From the NCBI GenBank assembly GCA_044892525.1, contig CM097885.1, positions 44,270,001-44,334,000 of the forward strand: a stretch of DNA of 64,000 nucleotides, given 5' to 3'. Made by a program: the position numbers and the translations under genes. The stretch comes from Schmidtea polychroa (taxonomy: Eukaryota). Below the pieces are notes generated by a model. The model was not told the origin of the DNA and searched no databases. It saw only the letters and a program-made list of their open reading frames with translations. This document shows positions 45,001-52,940 of this stretch, in pieces. Each line of letters opens with the position of its first letter. The stretch's first letter is position 1.

Positions 45001-48000
45001 TAGATGGTAAAACCTGTTGCTCCACTTGTGCACAACATCCATATCATCATAGTCATCATTAACGAATTTATTGATGCTTTTCGGCTTGCTGGGTCTTTCA
45101 TGGGTAGTTCCCATTCTAGTTCATTCAACAACTTCTTCAATCTAACTTGCATCGACCTTTCTTGCTCATTTTTTCGTGGCGCTTGTATAAGTCTTTTCCA
45201 TCCTCCGGCACGAATAATATGTGGTTCAATAGTATTCTCTATGATTGAAACGGTCATTTCCACATGATTTGCAAACTGTTTATTTGGTATTTTCCTCGCA
45301 GCTAGTCCCATCAAATTATACATCAAATAAGTGATTACCACTAGGTGATGCTCGTCATCATTTGCATTTGTCGTGAGCTGCTCAATCACTCTCTTTGTTT
45401 CGTCCCAATCCGTTTTGGTGGTTTTCGTTTTCTCTTTGATTAACTTTGGGATTATCCCCGAAATGGTGTGCCATAATTGTCTAGCTTCCGTACTGGCTAC
45501 TTTCCGTTGCCACAAACGTCTAAGTTGTGGGTTTGTTATTATTAACATATCTTTTATCAATTCTCGTATCCATTTTTCTCCTCTTTCGATCGTTGGTTGG
45601 GCTTCCTTTAGATCCCATACTATTTTATCCAATTTTTCTAATCGAACTTGCCCTTGTTCTTGCTTTAATTGTTCTTTGGTTTTGAACTCAGACTTTTCTC
45701 CTTGTTTCTTAGGTCTTCCTTTTGCCCGTTTTTCCATCATCGTTCCGGCTTCTCTGGTATTTTCGTAATTCGGATTTCTTTCGTTATCCGTTCTGGGTAA
45801 TGAGCTATCGTTATTTCTTAGCCACTCATTCCATTCGTCTATTATTTTATCGGTTTGACCTTCTGGTGTTACTTTCGTTGGTTCTCTTTGCTTCTGGAAT
45901 TGTTCATCCGTTTCGGTTTCCGTAGTATTGTCGATGATTTCTTTGCTGTTCAGTTTCGTTGGTTGTTGATAACTCGTTGATGGCTGGTTATTAGTCCACA
46001 TTTCGGCTCCTGTCGGCCATCTCACTAATAGCGGTGATCTTTCTCCTGGTTCATCGTCACTATCTTCCAGGATTATCTCTTCAACTTCTTCAGTTTCATT
46101 AGATTTACTTGGTGCTTTGTTCGGACTTGGAGTACTCAAACTGCCTTTTGTTGGTTTAATAATTTTACTTTTCCTTTTTAACGGTTTTCCCAACGTTTCT
46201 GCCATTGTTAACACATTTGTCTCTTCCAATCTCATGGGTGTTATCCCGACGTCTGCATTATCGTCTAGTGATTTTCCGAACAGTTGCAGATGGAATGGAG
46301 TTTCATATGCTAATTTCTTTTTTAATTCTCTAATTTTTGTTGTTGGATGCACCTCTAGTTCCTCGATGCTCTTGTCTGGATACTTGATTCGGATGTGATA
46401 CCTCTCCTGGGTGTCTTGTGCCCATTCCTGATTTCTCCATTTTCGAATAATTTGTTCTAGCTGTTCTGGATACCATTCATTATATTGCCGGTATTCCTCT
46501 ATTGCCTTTGCCATTCCTCTCAGATTGTGGATGTTCTCTGATGTCTTTAAGATGATGTTAGCCAACGCTACTACTTGGCGTTTTTGATTTTTCGCTCCCA
46601 TTGCTAAGATATCGCCTAATTGTTTATATCTTTCTGTCTCTTCTCGTTCTCTTGCTTCCGTCGCTTCCTCGCCGTCCATATCAGCATATTCACGTTCCTT
46701 TTTCCTCATTGCATGAATATGTCTCGCTTCATTTTCGCTTTCTGATGTGACATCCGTCTCGCTTTCGTCATCTGATGTCTGTCCCCTTGCTTCCTCTTCA
46801 TATTCTGGGGGTTCCTCTTCTTCTTCCTCCGATTCACTTTCTGTCTCACCAATGTCTGTTTCTACGAAGATTCCTTTCCGGATTTCCCATTCCTTACTTT
46901 CTGCATTCCACACTCTTTCCCATGGGGTTCGTCTGCAGGATCTGGTATTTAATTTCGTGATTTTTCCTTGTAGCTCTTTTTCTTTTAACCATTGTTGGTG
47001 GATTTCAATTATTTCTGTAGATTTTTGATACAACGTTTTCATCCGGTCTCGTATTTCTTTTTGATATGTTACATCTCTTGTTCGGAATTCATCCATTGGT
47101 ACTATCCTGATTATCTGATGATTGTCCCACATACCCATTTCGCTTAACGAGGTGTCGTCCTCCGCTCGTAATATTATCTTATCGTACATCATGACTACAT
47201 CATCCACCATACCATCACTACTTTCGCTACGTACCTTTTCCGTTATCTCTTGGTTTATTTTTGATACCAAGTCATCCACTGTACTCTGATTGCTCATTTT
47301 TATTCGTCGTTTTTCTTCGTTCGGTAACCATATGGTTATTTCCAACCTCTGTGGCTGGGTTTCTTTTAACCTTCCATATTTGTGGATCAAATTTATGGTT
47401 CTCCAATCACTCATTCGGAGCATTTCTGTATCTCGCAACCGGCTCATTAGTTCGTACATGGCTGGGGCTCGTCTGGTGATGAGTAAATCCCAGTTGTCTT
47501 CTACTTGTTCTTGAATTTGTTTGATCAGCTTATCCAGGTTTCGTCTCAGAGTACATTGTTTTATTTGTTCTAATTTCAATTTGATATTAAAATCATATTC
47601 TGCCTTGGCATCTTTAGCCCAATCGTAAAGGTTGGCTGGTTGTTTTTCTTTATGCAACTTCAGTATTTGCGTTTCTCCTGGCCATATTAGTGCATCTACT
47701 AAGTGCATATCTGGTTTGATCTGTTCTCCTTGGTATTGATACAGATATTCTTTCTTTCTCGAACTTCCCAAATGTTCTCGTATCCAATCGAAAAGTTCGT
47801 CGGTGACTGTATTTTTTATCCACATTCTTTCAAGTCCTCTACTCGTTCCAATTTTTATTACATACCGCGTGGTATCGGCCTGCTTCATTTTTTCCATATA
47901 GTTTTTTATAATTGGTTTTTCCTCGTTTGGTATTAGATCTTTCTCGTTTCTTTCCAATTTCATCACTTTTTGCACGAATCGCCTGAATGGTATTACGTCG

Positions 48001-49862
48001 ATGAACTCTTGGTTCCTCACTACTACTGGGAGTATTTCGGCTACCTGTTTTATCGCTTCCTCCCTTGCTTTTCTCAACTTTATTTCGATATCTTCGTCTT
48101 CACTTTCGCTGGTTATCTCGTTTCCGCTTTCTTCCTCTTTGATTTCCCCTTTTGAGGGTTCGCTTATTTCATTCGGCTGTAGTATTTCTCCACCCAAACT
48201 ACTTACATAATCTTCTTCTTCGTCTGACGATGCTACATCTTTTATCCTTTTCATCATATTGATTTGCAAGTTTCTCATCCTTGGTACTCTCTTTAGTTTC
48301 TTTCTTTCGAATATTGTTGTTTCTTCTGATTCTGATTCTTGTAGCATTTGGTGATTTAGTTGACTGGTTTGTTCCTCGCTCTTGTTATTTTCATCTTCTG
48401 TCTCAGTTTTCGCTTTATTATGTTCTTTTTCGATTTTATCCTTTATCTTTTTCCAGAATATTTTCTGAATTCTCTGGTTTCCCTTTGAAATCGTGGTTGA
48501 ATTCTCTGTTTTCATTTCCGTTGTTATTTCCTTTACTTTTTCTGGTTCAGTCATGGGTACTACCCTTGGGCTTTTCCCGTAATTGTAGCAATACTGGCTC
48601 TTCATGTCTTTTACTAACTTCATCATATTTATTCGCAATGGTTGTTCTTGTCGTTGTTGGTTGCGTTCTTGTTTTATCCTCTCTTCCTCGGCCTGTAGCC
48701 TTTGCCATTCTTGTACATGTTGATGCACTTCATAATTGTTGAGATTTTCGGTACTCCTCATCATACGTATATTCTGGGTTTGTTGTGGTGCTGATTCTTG
48801 TCTTGGTCTCATCATTTGTTGCATCATCTGTTTCATCTGCGAAATTTCCTGCATAACGTTCATTTGTTTTCCTTCGTTAGGGTTACTTTGTCGTTGCGGA
48901 TTCGCTATATAATTATTATTTCGCTGTGGTGGTCGTTGTTGTTGGCCCCTTTCTCGGCAATCTCTGGAGATGTGACCTGGCTGACCACAGTTAAAACAGC
49001 CTCTCAATTGGCATACATTTTCGGTATGTCCACGCCGTCCGCAACGATTACAATTTGAATTTCTATAACAATCTCTGTCCCAGTGTCCTGGTTTACCGCA
49101 TGTTCGGCACTGCTTGTTATCGTTCATATTTCGCCGATTATTGAAATTGTTCTCATTATTCGGGTTGTTACGATTACCATTATTCCCGTTTGATCGTCCT
49201 TGTGGTGGTTTGAAAATTTGGTGCGCTCCTGGTATAAATTGATTCATTTTCGGTTCTTGATTGTTGTTATCTCCGTTATCCGCTTTCGCTATTGCTGTCG
49301 CTATCCTTCCCTCCTCTTGCATAATATTCATTTGAGCTGGAAGGTGGAGCTCGCATCTTGTAGCCCAATCTATGGCTTCCTCTAATGTTTTGCACATTTG
49401 ACAACCTACTGAGGCTCTTACTTCTTCTCGGCGTAATCCCTCTATGAAATAACCGATCAGATTTTCTTCGGGTAATTTTCCATTCATTGCTTTCTTCGCT
49501 AATCTCCGCAATTCACTGGCATATAATGTTATCGATTCGTTTGCTCTTTGTTTCCTATTTGCTAGTTCGCCCAACGCCTGGTTGATTGGCTTACTGGCTC
49601 CGAAGGTTTTCTTCAGGAATGTTTTAATATCTTCCCACTTTTCTAATTTCGTGTCTCTCTCTTTAGCTTCTAAATATACCTCTAATGCACTATCGCACAA
49701 AAACAACGGCATCCTTTTACTAATTGCTTCGGGTGTCCATCCACACACAGTGATATAAACTTCAAAATTAGTTATGAACGTTGCTAGCTTGTTTGCATTT
49801 CCGTTGAACGGTTCTCCTCTGAACTTCTCTTTATACTCGTCGGTTTTTACGACATTCGTCAT
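36009..49862 (-). CDS. gag-pol: 4617-aa polyprotein: Gag (3 CCHC), 3 ubiquitin-like domains, AT-hook-like motif, Bcl-2-like domain, envelope glycoprotein, protease, RT, RNase H, integrase, two ankyrin modules, type I membrane protein
   Basis: CCHC at 48955-49110; UBLs about 47650-47870, 47100-47346 and 46200-46403; IRAGGW near 45200; IYDC..YSL.DIEEC..YYCGQYSY and TM at 43260-43350; IDTGA near 42630; YIDD near 41410; TDAS/REALA/TDH; H..GH..CLTC, D-D-E, GPY; GDTPLH, GYTPLM, NALHHA, GETAMMYA. The frame stays open to about 50207. Confidence 0.95.
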   Translation of the reverse strand: MTNVVKTDEYKEKFRGEPFNGNANKLATFITNFEVYITVCGWTPEAISKRMPLFLCDSALEVYLEAKERDTKLEKWEDIKTFLKKTFGASKPINQALGELANRKQRANESITLYASELRRLAKKAMNGKLPEENLIGYFIEGLRREEVRASVGCQMCKTLEEAIDWATRCELHLPAQMNIMQEEGRIATAIAKADNGDNNNQEPKMNQFIPGAHQIFKPPQGRSNGNNGNRNNPNNENNFNNRRNMNDNKQCRTCGKPGHWDRDCYRNSNCNRCGRRGHTENVCQLRGCFNCGQPGHISRDCRERGQQQRPPQRNNNYIANPQRQSNPNEGKQMNVMQEISQMKQMMQQMMRPRQESAPQQTQNIRMMRSTENLNNYEVHQHVQEWQRLQAEEERIKQERNQQRQEQPLRINMMKLVKDMKSQYCYNYGKSPRVVPMTEPEKVKEITTEMKTENSTTISKGNQRIQKIFWKKIKDKIEKEHNKAKTETEDENNKSEEQTSQLNHQMLQESESEETTIFERKKLKRVPRMRNLQINMMKRIKDVASSDEEEDYVSSLGGEILQPNEISEPSKGEIKEEESGNEITSESEDEDIEIKLRKAREEAIKQVAEILPVVVRNQEFIDVIPFRRFVQKVMKLERNEKDLIPNEEKPIIKNYMEKMKQADTTRYVIKIGTSRGLERMWIKNTVTDELFDWIREHLGSSRKKEYLYQYQGEQIKPDMHLVDALIWPGETQILKLHKEKQPANLYDWAKDAKAEYDFNIKLKLEQIKQCTLRRNLDKLIKQIQEQVEDNWDLLITRRAPAMYELMSRLRDTEMLRMSDWRTINLIHKYGRLKETQPQRLEITIWLPNEEKRRIKMSNQSTVDDLVSKINQEITEKVRSESSDGMVDDVVMMYDKIILRAEDDTSLSEMGMWDNHQIIRIVPMDEFRTRDVTYQKEIRDRMKTLYQKSTEIIEIHQQWLKEKELQGKITKLNTRSCRRTPWERVWNAESKEWEIRKGIFVETDIGETESESEEEEEEPPEYEEEARGQTSDDESETDVTSESENEARHIHAMRKKEREYADMDGEEATEAREREETERYKQLGDILAMGAKNQKRQVVALANIILKTSENIHNLRGMAKAIEEYRQYNEWYPEQLEQIIRKWRNQEWAQDTQERYHIRIKYPDKSIEELEVHPTTKIRELKKKLAYETPFHLQLFGKSLDDNADVGITPMRLEETNVLTMAETLGKPLKRKSKIIKPTKGSLSTPSPNKAPSKSNETEEVEEIILEDSDDEPGERSPLLVRWPTGAEMWTNNQPSTSYQQPTKLNSKEIIDNTTETETDEQFQKQREPTKVTPEGQTDKIIDEWNEWLRNNDSSLPRTDNERNPNYENTREAGTMMEKRAKGRPKKQGEKSEFKTKEQLKQEQGQVRLEKLDKIVWDLKEAQPTIERGEKWIRELIKDMLIITNPQLRRLWQRKVASTEARQLWHTISGIIPKLIKEKTKTTKTDWDETKRVIEQLTTNANDDEHHLVVITYLMYNLMGLAARKIPNKQFANHVEMTVSIIENTIEPHIIRAGGWKRLIQAPRKNEQERSMQVRLKKLLNELEWELPMKDPASRKASINSLMMTMMIWMLCTSGATGFTIYDCDNMIMRDKYSLRDIEECRQASPNKLDIVRTKVTYHVYQESDFIRTQARECVVSKKVLAYYCGQYSYSTLILPGLDKEIVSIQREDCKELFRTGALKMHNGVTIHGQTGMIKTESVYVSGKVKSSDGSCNGGTYTIRGEVISGVVVIESYTVELKEYEAQFDANNYQMKTNPTCKATENVCRTGVSTIIYEANTQKCRLQLLKSALFNEVKGEIYENENDEDGNDRVRMRNGKPMPPSPREKRLSTQKTPTALITDDPDLGMRFIKEKETTKCDSIVYKTNYAGIYMSRQIIDRAVGKIATEDVKLYLYANNKMDFLFHRGQTTLQKVYYDLIQNDCSLNKEILKTKLAIAITHPDNTMPSLPLPDGHFGRMVGEVMYTYQCTKTYARMPEKSILPEKRCANELEIRYKGQNRFVQPVTRIMNPVGFYPNLFNCSNAYGPLYERPDGKWMMLPGKTISEEPKKFGLIELATELDFKPIDVSNGGMYSPEDLETARLNVLFPARRESILSNMVTITGGTNYQSGPNYELLLSPDHFQQATSNMMKAMWGRFLVFGQMMAGILGIILIIQIVRVILTQMLACFDIYKREKKVNWKMIVGFLPFLAKTMVLHGHSKDIHRIKRLIKILTKIKGTDEEVGRRFRKVMYDEATRRQLKKNKPKFLDRFRSQSSNSDSDDDDNGNDKCLYPNRNPNEKPMETAPYWEKEKTNTWIANGSYIPPDIVGPQAALTMTQNMYPQLPSQPGMHYMPTRRTKSVDQADDVRTIAAMSLPGGPAVTVMIQINGKETNAMIDTGANVSAIAINQIPSKHWKDIESTTIHIIACSKETVDVVGRWWTTLRYQDNEIETYLAVIPKLSVPCIIGTDLMPELLKEVVIDLTTMCLKDKTGRICKMNAVIRCPEKIIVPAKSQMICQIKVDTGMEGEVIFEPSKSFEKRRELPLAREIITINQEGVIPLNITNFEEEDKIIYENEKLGRLTPMMDIELPKVTNEMIKDDELWTIDSMLLTNDEKKKLHRLLVEYKDIFAISDLDLGTCDVTLHAIPLIDETPIALRPYKLAEMQKEIAEAEVQKMLDAKVIEPSCSPWQFPVVMVKKKDGTQRFCIDYRKLNAVTKRDTYPLPDINEMLLMLQGAAYFTSLDLKSGYWQIKVKDEDKEKTAFTLGRDLYQFRKMPFGLTNAPASFQRCMNFVTHGIKQCMVYIDDLLIYSATFEQHLEDIRNVFIRLRQWKLKLKPSKCDWAKEKVTFLGHIVSAKGKEPDPRNIEKIKTCPAPKTVTQVQEFLGLCGYYRKFIKNYAGIAKPIQELVKKDISFIWEKEQQQAFETLRDKLIEAPILVHPDFKKPFLLATDASGYAAGAILGQLDDEGKERVIGYYSRTFKKHEKNYSVTEREALAIIQAIKHFRYLLWGHEICITTDHQPLVWLGQHKEASSRLMRWAMQLQEYSPFIKFKAGRANANADCMSRFIFPDLVDSEMQRICLIVAEDLDFCQLRKDQQEDAELKQIIDYVKTGKTEVYAKDQKLKEHMDKHRHRYIIEKDWLLIMDGEKRLMCIPENRRKELLTQYHDGRLGGHMSSKKTLARMKQKYFWPTLTEDVTEWVKNCLTCATRKNTGSKWKAPLTPMPVPIEPMTMISMDVVGPLPESDKGNVYILVITDFLTKFPEAFAMPDQKAKTIAKILVEEICCRYGTPKQILTDQGTNFMSEIMSEVTNYFKIAKLRTSPYHPQTNGMTERFNGTLIQMLSNYVDRHQRDWDEYINLCLMAYRMSIHASTKMSPFKLMYGRECNMPMDLEYQPPISQYMEIDDYVTKFKERMQEIWETAGLNIKFYQESYKDLHDRKKNVKQHTFQTGDWVMIETPELIPGTTKKLQRNGKGPYEILFVGETNVRVKLVNNPFTRPIYVNVARCKSIPKTATSQPEGRTLTTRSQTYRMNMMQQLAEPITGRLGIQPSEAEKIVKEVKIRIPGWAKDRLDFEILGGLLTMIENYANRERTHPLLRVVKSQWPILFTITDHYGDTPLHKLMKVGNNEQILETIEAFHDCKRSTEQTNNQGYTPLMIAANRGKTKDIITALLDTGSKITTQDHERKNALHHAIEGRSTEAFTSLMELLSYEDNREVGNMYDGLLTATKEKLTTITGILITWRNPIRNDYMINVNEAFTRGENTLMREAMKGHHLFEIPNQLLERGIKFTNHKDEQLAKKRIDTFEKSLFQFTNQVRNKYWETVSVLYMMDTMNNIRENYLDIIQILTAEERINNPNGKKTKIRYGKSREPKLTTNQKVTNNVIETKAMSIDQEAIIRKAKEVFFEEMLELPDDIILSKIIKAVHTYARDQTTDLDIGKIKTFLPRAFTMITKDSRTPLQQAILAAKENRAITIVRILGEMGEETNTKNEQGETAMMYAAITKIHPKTLHILHQSGSKLDEKSNEGNSTLDWATIQPNLEMIRFICKNATKEEVENMCKNTSQFQWNTVRKNLEAMKLLLTWRVPQNNKYAINVNEFYENGENAMVKNTLTKGGTPKIILLVLNREDLKFTQNQNEQQRIGKHRRMQLRELVKEWNRKRHAATGRKEFEFEAKLARNRVLTAYRRLLNDINVEDDILNDSGGDKHDDNNGKGRKEDKEKREPEEGKPENKDSDTKREGNSPGTKTKEEEKSNNGKQRVCLPFTNKEIETNMILMIIMLTMIELVTAHGGTRTIKETKEAENQDSKEDELKQEKKKQAQEQQWDLKEEWDLKERCILGRCMSRAYQKLVLINEDTEPITEVRIQEAYRNRDGKRITNVKGKEVHLGKGGEVVITQLQPRKEHKVCISRLGPGERCHQYVTQQQPPKEYTVCIWRNESKRECRRYPGKRGKKRKNHDEKDEGGKHKKTGEEAQDNYVSEEEMEKIQKMAKEGMNEEIARIREMMKGNGKRGNEKSTEAISTLTNKEKPESISVKQMMWISGIIITGAFLIITGGTIKIIKDKRHRGELEMTRIRNFQHRVKRPSDIKQEQWVEAWNVQRPPNSRI

Positions 49863-51120
49863 GATTGGTGTTCTAGGTTCGTCTGTTTCTTTTAAATTGT
49901 CTAACGATGTGACTAAACTTTGGGCTGATAATTCTTCGGTTGACGTTGCTAAACTATTAGTGATATCGGACAGACTTTCTCTACTTCGAGATCGACTAGG
50001 GGTATATCCGAGATTTTCTTGGTCAAATATGGGTACTTGATTGGTTCTTCTGGATCCTTGTGATATTCCTCTTTGATGTTTAATGGATCGTCCTCTTTTG
50101 AGTTGTTGTAATTCGTCTCCTGAAAATAATACGTCTCCTGGCTTACTTGAAGATCTAAGATTGGGTTTATCCGTGATTCCTTTCTTACGCTTCTTGGTAA
50201 TTAGCGGCTATTGAATTGGTCGCGTTCGGTTCTGATTGTGTTTCTAATCCTTGGCAGATGGCTGCTAATGCTTCTTCCGTTCGGGAGTCTTCCGGTTGCT
50301 GTGTCTCTCGGTGCGGGTTCTGAATGGATTTATCCTTGGTTGATTGTCGATTTCTTCGAATTCCTTTATGCAGGTTCTGGATTGTCTTGGTTGGCTGGAT
50401 TGGCTTGATATCTAAAATGAAAAAATGATCTCGTGTTGCATTTGCTTACACGACTTCATCATTCTTTCTACAACATTCAAAAACAGACACCTTTTAGGTT
50501 TCTGTTTGTGCTTCCCCTATCTTTTGTGAAATCCTGTCTGCGGTTTATAATATCCCATCAGCCCGTATTTTCCGTCGATTTTAAATTATCTATATGGGGT
50601 AGTAACAATTATCTATAAAGTCGTAATAATTATCTATTCGTTATCAATTATAGTAAAAATAGGTCGTTGTCGGTCTCTGCTTATTACCCCCCTTTCATTT
50701 TCCTAATCCTTTTGCGCTGTTGTCGCTATTTTACTTTTCATATTCACTATTATTACGCTCGGTTCTACTCTGGAACCAATAAAATGCATTTTCCCGGTTT
50801 AACCAACAAAAAAAATATTCCGTAGAGTTTCTCTACTTCACTGGGATCCCTTTAATTAGTTAGTTACTTTCCTCTTTACTCATTATCATCGTTTCATCTA
50901 TTCTTTATTTTCTATTATCTCTTTAATTCGTTTCCTTCTTCCCTTTCCTTTTTCATTATAATCCTATTTTCTTTTCCACGAGCTCGTTTATTTCCTCTCT
51001 AAACTCGAATTTTCAAAATTACATTCAATTTGTTCTAGCTAGCTTTAATATTCCATATCACTAGTAATTTAAATATTATCTCATTGTAGCTTAACTGCTA
51101 TCTCTCGTTTTTCTAGGCCT

Positions 51121-51560
51121 TTACGACTGGCTGGCACTATTCAACAGCTCAATCTTCTTCCTTCTGATCGGTTGGACTATTCAACAACTCAATCTTACGA
51201 CTGGCTGGCACTATTCAACAGCTCAATCTTCCTCCTTCCTGATCGGTTGGACTTTTCACAACTCGACCTTACGACTGGCTGGCACTATTCAACAGCTCAG
51301 TCTTCCTCCTTCCTGATCGGTTGGACTTTTCACAACTCGACCTTACGACTGGCTGGCACTATTCAACAGCTCGATCTTCCTCCTTCCTGATCGGTTGGAC
51401 TTTTCACAACTCGACCTTACGACTGGCTGGCACTATTCAACAGCTCAATCTTCCTCCTTCCTGATCGGTTGGACTTTTTCACAACTCGACCTTACGACTG
51501 GCTGGCACTATTCAACAGCTCAATCTTCCTCCTTGACCGGCTGGATTATTCGACAGCTCG
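51121..51560. repeat. 74-bp tandem repeat x~6 in the 5' internal region of the giant element
   Basis: TTACGACTGGCTGGCAC units start at 51121, 51195, 51269, 51343, 51417 and 51492. Each unit consists of two related halves. Confidence 0.95.
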
Positions 51561-52139
51561 GCTTTAATATTCCTCGCTCTGCATGCTTCTATTTCTCTTT
51601 TCTTCTTTTACTCTAGTTTACCATTTTCTCTATCTACTTTTAATTTGTCGACTTAATCTTTACCGCTTGGGAGTGTTTCCCCTTTCCCCCCTTGCTCAAA
51701 ACGCACGACGATCGCGATGATCCATTTCTACATTGGCATGGTGATCAGTCATGTCGCAAAAACTTCTCATCATATGCGATGGTACCCCGCCCTACGCTTC
51801 TTACTTGGGTTGATCAGTTATCCCCTCCCAACGGGTTCTTGCAATAAGACGTACCGCCCGAAGGTGGCTCGGTTTGTACCCCTGCAGTCTATATTGGGAC
51901 TAATTCCACGTTATTCAACCCTCTCTTCATTTGATTCCAAAAAAAAAATTAAAACAAAACAAACACGCAAATATTCATTCGTCCTGCAAATTTTATTAGT
52001 CCTAATCATCAAAACTTTTTAAAGACGAATTTATTTATCATAAACATAAAGATTGAATCATTAACAGTACGTGTTACTTCAACAATTTCATGCATTCTTG
52101 TTCAAACATCGTATACTTGCTGTTACATCGCCGGCCGTT

Positions 52140-52625
52140 TCATTCGCCATAATAGACCATATGGGTCTCTTTTATTTCATATTTGCACATCGTGCATCTT
52201 TTTAGGTCTTTTACACACTCTTCACAGTGACTGAGGTGTCCACACGGCAAGAATAATACGCGAATAGGACGGAGTTTACAGGCTATACAAGTTCGTAATT
52301 GGTTAACTTTTTCCTGTATTTTTTGTTCGATTGCATCTGGTATTGTATTTAGTGAGTCTTTTAGACGCTGATAATCTAGATTTAATGCTGGGTGGTTCAA
52401 TCTCTCTTGATACCACTGATATACGGTTTCGGGGTTTATTTTTCCATCTGGGCGACTTAGGCCTGTGGCTAATATCATATGATTAGGTACGACTGGTGTT
52501 TGTCCGATTGCTTGCAGTAATATCGCGTTGATTTTTTCTCTTTTATGCGTCAGTGTTGTTAGGGAGTCGTTTTCTATATCGATAAACTTGAGCAGTTGTT
52601 GCATTTGGTTCGCGAATTCTGTCAT
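52140..52625 (-). CDS. 161-aa protein with C-terminal IAP/MDM2-type C3HC4 RING finger (probable E3 ligase, no BIR domain seen)
   Basis: CIAC..RPIRVLFLPCGHLSHCEEC...LKRCTMCK.EI.....VY at the extreme C-terminus, as in IAP RINGs. TAG acceptor 2 nt before the ATG. Confidence 0.85.
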   Translation of the reverse strand: MTEFANQMQQLLKFIDIENDSLTTLTHKREKINAILLQAIGQTPVVPNHMILATGLSRPDGKINPETVYQWYQERLNHPALNLDYQRLKDSLNTIPDAIEQKIQEKVNQLRTCIACKLRPIRVLFLPCGHLSHCEECVKDLKRCTMCKYEIKETHMVYYGE

Positions 52626-52940
52626 AGCTATTGGAAAAGTAATGTTTTAATAATATGTAGTAAATTAATAGTTAATTCGTTAATTGGTTTCTTTAACCAT
52701 TGTTAATTATTTAATTTGACTACTTTATCTCCTTTATTTATATATCCTTAATTTTTCTATTATCTACATTTTGATTTTCTCTACTTAGTTCCTAATATAA
52801 TTTAATAATCAATAGTCACTTTGCATTCGTCAAGCAATGGTCGGTTGAAAATAGAAAATCGATGTGATAAATCCCTTTAATTTTTTATGAAAATCCCGGT
52901 GAATTTCGCATTCGTTAATAGAAATTTCGATCGATTGTAG

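Noticed and set aside
36067..50040. Many short plus-strand ORFs over the polyprotein
   Set aside because: Antisense shadows of a long purine-rich coding strand, with no recognisable motifs.
51121..51560. Possible CRISPR array
   Set aside because: Units repeat in full with no unique spacers, there are no cas genes, and the context is eukaryotic.
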